14,866 nt of DNA from a virus, in IMG/VR virus record IMGVR_UViG_3300010388_000350, positions 1 to 14,866 of that record; one strand, 5' to 3'. The position numbers and the translations under genes were made by a program. Each line of letters starts with the position of its first letter. The stretch's first letter is position 1. Positions 12,200 through 14,866 of the stretch are shown piece by piece. Under the pieces are notes generated by a model, which was given only the letters and a program-made list of their open reading frames with translations, had not been told where the DNA came from and made no database searches.

Positions 12200-13767
12200 A
12201 GGTAACAACACCATTCAAGGTCAGTGCAGCCGATACAAATTCGCGAACCATTTCAGGTCGCATTCTTGAATTTGGCGTCGCTGCAAATGCATCAACAGGC
12301 AAAGTGATGTTCGAAAAAGGATCAGTCGAACCACAGCTCGTGAAGCTTAATTTGGAGCACCAATCAGATCGCCCGATCGGTCGCGCAATCGATATTTCAC
12401 TTTCAGATGATCAATCAACGATGGATGGAATTTTTAAGATTGCCAACACCACAGCTGGTTCAGATAGCTTGGTCGAGGCACAAGATGGGCTTCGCGATGG
12501 CTTCTCGATCGAAGTTGAAGCCGAAGAATATACATGGGCTGAAGATGGAACACTTGTGATTTCAAAAGGTACTTTGACAGGCGTTGCATTGACACACAAT
12601 CCAGCTTTCAAGAATGCTCGTGTCGAAGAAGTCGCAGCAACAGAAGGCGAAGAAGAAACACCTGAAGTTTCTGAATCCGATGTGGATGCAGAAAACCAAC
12701 CAACAACAGAAGGAGACGAAGTGGAAAACACCGTCAATGACGCTTCAGCCGTAGAGACGGTAGAAGCTACTCAGTCAATCAAGGCAGCTGCACCAATCGT
12801 GGGTGGATCATTCACAAAGCCACGCCTTGAATTCACAGCTGCAAAGTATGTGGAAAACACAATCCGCGCTGCAATGGGCGATGAAGATGCTCGTCAGTAT
12901 GTTCGCGCAGCTGACAACACAACCGACAATGCTGGTCTTGTACCAACACGCCAGCTTTCAGAGGTTGTCAATGGACTTTCAACAATGATCCGTCCATCAA
13001 TCGATGCAATTTCTCGTGGTGCATTGCCTGATGCTGGAATGACTTTTGAAATTCCAAAGATCACAGTTGCACCAACAGTTGCTGTGACAGCTGAAGATGG
13101 CACACCATCAGAGACAGATCAAAATTCTGCCTTCATTTCTGTGGATGTTAAGACCTTCTCAGGTCAGCAAACATTTAGCACACAAATTCTCGACCGCAGC
13201 TCACCTGCATTCTTTGAGGAGCTTGTACGAAATATGGCGGCAGCTAAGGCAAAGGCAGAGAATGCTTATGTTTCAGCAGCACTTGTTTCAGCAGCAACAG
13301 CTGACGGCACAACCACAACAACATACCCAACAGCCGCAGAGCTTCTTGGTGTTGTTGCTCGTGGTGCTGCATCAGTTTATGGCGCGACAGCTGGTCTCCC
13401 AAATGGTTTCGCAAAGAACATCATCATGGGTACAGGACAGTGGTCAAATGTAATGACACTGAATGATTCAGGTCGTCCAATTTACACAGCACAGCAACCA
13501 ATGAACGCTGGCGGCGTAGCTCGTCCAGATTCATTGCGTGGCAATGTTGCAGGTCTTGATCTATATGTTGATCCATCACTTGCAGCAACAGATGCTGACG
13601 GCACAATCTTGATCGTCAATCCAGATGCATACACATGGTATGAGGGAAACACATATCGCCTTCGCGCTGATGTTGTAGCTTCAGGTCAGATCACTATCGG
13701 ATATTACGGTTACGGAGCTTTGGCAACAAAGATCGCAGCTGGCGCATTCAAGAATAACAAGGCTTAA
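12196..13767 (+). CDS. Fusion of an HK97-type (S78) prohead protease domain and an HK97-fold major capsid protein, 523 aa
   Basis: GTG 12196 overlaps the portal stop (GTGA), and AGAGGAG (12181-12187) lies upstream. Residues 1-~145 carry LNLEHQSDRPIGRA (His55), RDGFSIEVE (Ser104) and LTGVALTHNPAFKNARV. Residues ~150-205 form an acidic linker. Residues ~205-523 look like an HK97-type capsid protein (AGLVPTRQLSEVV..., FEIPKITVAP..., GLDLYVDPSL..., ILIVNPDAYTWYE). Confidence 0.8.
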   Translation: MKVTTPFKVSAADTNSRTISGRILEFGVAANASTGKVMFEKGSVEPQLVKLNLEHQSDRPIGRAIDISLSDDQSTMDGIFKIANTTAGSDSLVEAQDGLRDGFSIEVEAEEYTWAEDGTLVISKGTLTGVALTHNPAFKNARVEEVAATEGEEETPEVSESDVDAENQPTTEGDEVENTVNDASAVETVEATQSIKAAAPIVGGSFTKPRLEFTAAKYVENTIRAAMGDEDARQYVRAADNTTDNAGLVPTRQLSEVVNGLSTMIRPSIDAISRGALPDAGMTFEIPKITVAPTVAVTAEDGTPSETDQNSAFISVDVKTFSGQQTFSTQILDRSSPAFFEELVRNMAAAKAKAENAYVSAALVSAATADGTTTTTYPTAAELLGVVARGAASVYGATAGLPNGFAKNIIMGTGQWSNVMTLNDSGRPIYTAQQPMNAGGVARPDSLRGNVAGLDLYVDPSLAATDADGTILIVNPDAYTWYEGNTYRLRADVVASGQITIGYYGYGALATKIAAGAFKNNKA

Positions 13768-13785
13768 TCAGCCACCAATCAATCA

Positions 13786-13813
13786 TCGGCTGGGTTCTCC
13801 CGATCTCAGCCGA
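13786..13813 (+). other. Stem-loop (TCGGCTG ... CAGCCGA, 7-bp stem, 14-nt loop) in the capsid-adaptor intergenic gap
   Basis: The inverted repeat was read directly. An alternative 5-bp pairing is ATCGG/CCGAT. No U-tract follows. Confidence 0.25.
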
Positions 13814-13836
13814 GCAGAATCAAAGGAGAAGTGCTC

Positions 13837-14418
13837 ATGCCAGCAATCGTCACAGCTGCACAGTTGCGAACAGTGCTCGGTGTGAGCACTTCCCTTTATT
13901 CAGATGCGTATCTTGATGAAATTATCAACACAGCTGAAAGCGTGATCTTGCCATTGCTGATCGCAAATCAGGTTGCTGTTGTGGATTACAAACTTGAATC
14001 AAATGTCGCTTACTATTACACACAGCGACCACATCATTTTGTTGCAGGTCAGTCTGTTGTTGTAGCTGGTCTCCCAGCTCCATTTTCTGCCACTGTAACT
14101 GTTGCGGACGACAAGCTCACCCCATATTCATTCACAGCTGCCATCACAAATGCTGATGTCACATTGCGAACATCAATCCCAGCTGGCACAGCTACGCTTT
14201 CAGGTTACTCAGCTGCAACACTTTATGCAGACAACGATGCAATCGAATCAGCTGTGTTGGTGGTAAGCGTTGAAGTATTTCAATCTCGCATTGCAGCTGG
14301 CGGACAAATCGAAGGTGTCGATTTTGCTTCAACACCCTACCGCATGGGCAAAAATCTCGCGGCTCGTGTCAGCTCATTGCTTTCAGCTTATCTTGACATC
14401 GAAAGCGTATGTCAATGA
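13837..14418 (+). CDS. Head-tail adaptor (gp6-like connector) with an internal insertion, 193 aa
   Basis: AAGGAG (13823-13828) lies 8 nt before ATG 13837; the track GTG 13831 is too close to the RBS. The N-terminal TAAQLRTVLGVSTSLYSDAYLDEIINTAESVILPLL and the C-terminal IESAVLVVSVEVFQSRIAAGG...RVSSLLSAYL fit gp6-like adaptors. It is the first gene after the capsid gene. Confidence 0.55.
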   Translation: MPAIVTAAQLRTVLGVSTSLYSDAYLDEIINTAESVILPLLIANQVAVVDYKLESNVAYYYTQRPHHFVAGQSVVVAGLPAPFSATVTVADDKLTPYSFTAAITNADVTLRTSIPAGTATLSGYSAATLYADNDAIESAVLVVSVEVFQSRIAAGGQIEGVDFASTPYRMGKNLAARVSSLLSAYLDIESVCQ

Positions 14419-14804
14419 CAGCCAGCACAATCGGATCAGCTGTCCGAACACCATTGGCGAATGCATTTTCTGCATTGGCGGCTTCGATCTATAGCTCAGT
14501 ACCTGAGACAGTAATCAGCCCAGCAATTGTGCTCATTCCTGATTCTCCATATCTCGAACCAAATTTGATCAACCAATCAACCACAAAGCTTCAGGTCAAT
14601 CTTGTCGTGACAGCTATTGTGAATTACAACAGCAACGCTGGCTCATTGGATAACTTGGAGCAGCTTGTTGTGAGCATTCTCGGTGCAATGCCATCGGGGT
14701 ACATTGTGGGAGCTGTCGAGCGACCAACAGTGGTTCAAATCGGTGCAGGATCATTTCTTGCTGCCGATATTTCAGTATCAACCCAATACACACAGACAAA
14801 CTAA
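14415..14804 (+). CDS. Tail terminator / tail completion protein (SPP1 gp17 / DUF3168-like, tentative), 129 aa
   Basis: ATG 14415 overlaps the upstream stop (ATGA); ATG 14409 is an alternative start. It lies immediately upstream of the tail tube gene. The pattern SAVRTPLANAFSALAASIYSSVPETVISPAIVLIPDSP is of the kind seen in DUF3168 proteins. Confidence 0.45.
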   Translation: MTASTIGSAVRTPLANAFSALAASIYSSVPETVISPAIVLIPDSPYLEPNLINQSTTKLQVNLVVTAIVNYNSNAGSLDNLEQLVVSILGAMPSGYIVGAVERPTVVQIGAGSFLAADISVSTQYTQTN

Positions 14805-14811
14805 GGAGCAC

Positions 14812-14866
14812 AAAAGTGGCAACGACAATCATCACGGGTCGCGATCTCACATTGACGATTGCGACC
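14812..14866. repeat. Terminal direct repeat, right copy (identical to 1-55)
   Basis: Same 55-mer as 1-55. The length equals a commonly used assembler k-mer, so it is most simply a circular-contig closure overlap. Confidence 0.95.
14816..14866 (+). other. Duplicate of the first 51 nt of the major tail protein gene (assembly overlap, not a second gene)
   Basis: It is identical to 5-55 and begins with the same GTG. Confidence 0.9.

Larger units (their letters stand above)
1..14811 (+). mobile_element. Complete genome unit of a small siphovirus-like tailed phage (circularly closed assembly)
   Basis: An exact 55-nt overlap between the window ends gives a 14,811-bp unit. A full head, neck, tail, lysis and packaging gene set lies on one strand with almost no intergenic space. 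The major tail gene is only complete with its RBS when the ends are joined. Confidence 0.8.

Noticed and set aside
13786-13813. Stem-loop after the capsid gene as a rho-independent terminator
   Set aside because: The stem is only 7 bp with a 14-nt loop and no following U-tract. Competing alternative pairings exist. It is kept only as a low-confidence structural feature.
1-14866. Search for tRNA genes, CRISPR arrays, integrase/att sites, toxin-antitoxin pairs or known defence/anti-defence cassettes
   Set aside because: I saw no cloverleaf-like segments in the few non-coding gaps, no spaced direct-repeat arrays, and no tyrosine or serine recombinase motifs in any frame. The only short direct repeat of note is the DnaA-box pair reported above.

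Overview
The window is a complete, assembly-closed genome of a very small siphovirus-like tailed dsDNA phage. The unit length is 14,811 bp, and the first 55 nt recur exactly at 14812-14866. All ~25 credible genes are on the + strand and are packed with start/stop overlaps. Circular gene order: major tail protein (5-406); tail assembly chaperone with a -1 frameshift (429-817); HK97 gp10-like neck protein; tape measure; one Dit-like protein; two fibre-like proteins, one of them glycine-rich; a small ORF. Then a lysis block: CHAP endolysin, holin-like protein, Cys-rich lipoprotein, two small membrane proteins. Then an early/accessory block: a 222-aa protein with a Cys/His C-terminus, three tiny zinc-ribbon proteins, a PD-(D/E)XK-like protein and a signal-peptide lytic-transglycosylase-like protein. 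Then HNH endonuclease, large terminase, portal, a prohead protease fused to an HK97-fold capsid protein, head-tail adaptor and tail terminator. I recognise no polymerase, helicase, primase, initiator, integrase, repressor, small terminase, tRNA or CRISPR. Most notable observations: (1) two perfect DnaA boxes (TTATCCACA) 20 bp apart plus an inverted imperfect box at 8728-8770, in a genome with no replication genes. (2) The protease-capsid fusion. (3) A run of zinc-ribbon mini-proteins, two of them below the ORF-track cutoff. (4) Strong oligonucleotide skews: GGCC and ACGT absent, CCGG seen 3 times, CAGCTG about 48 times and apparently codon-phase locked. (5) A displaced neck gene and a minimal tail tip. 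All functional calls rest on motif recognition and synteny. No database search or computation beyond hand counting was possible, and the host is undetermined.
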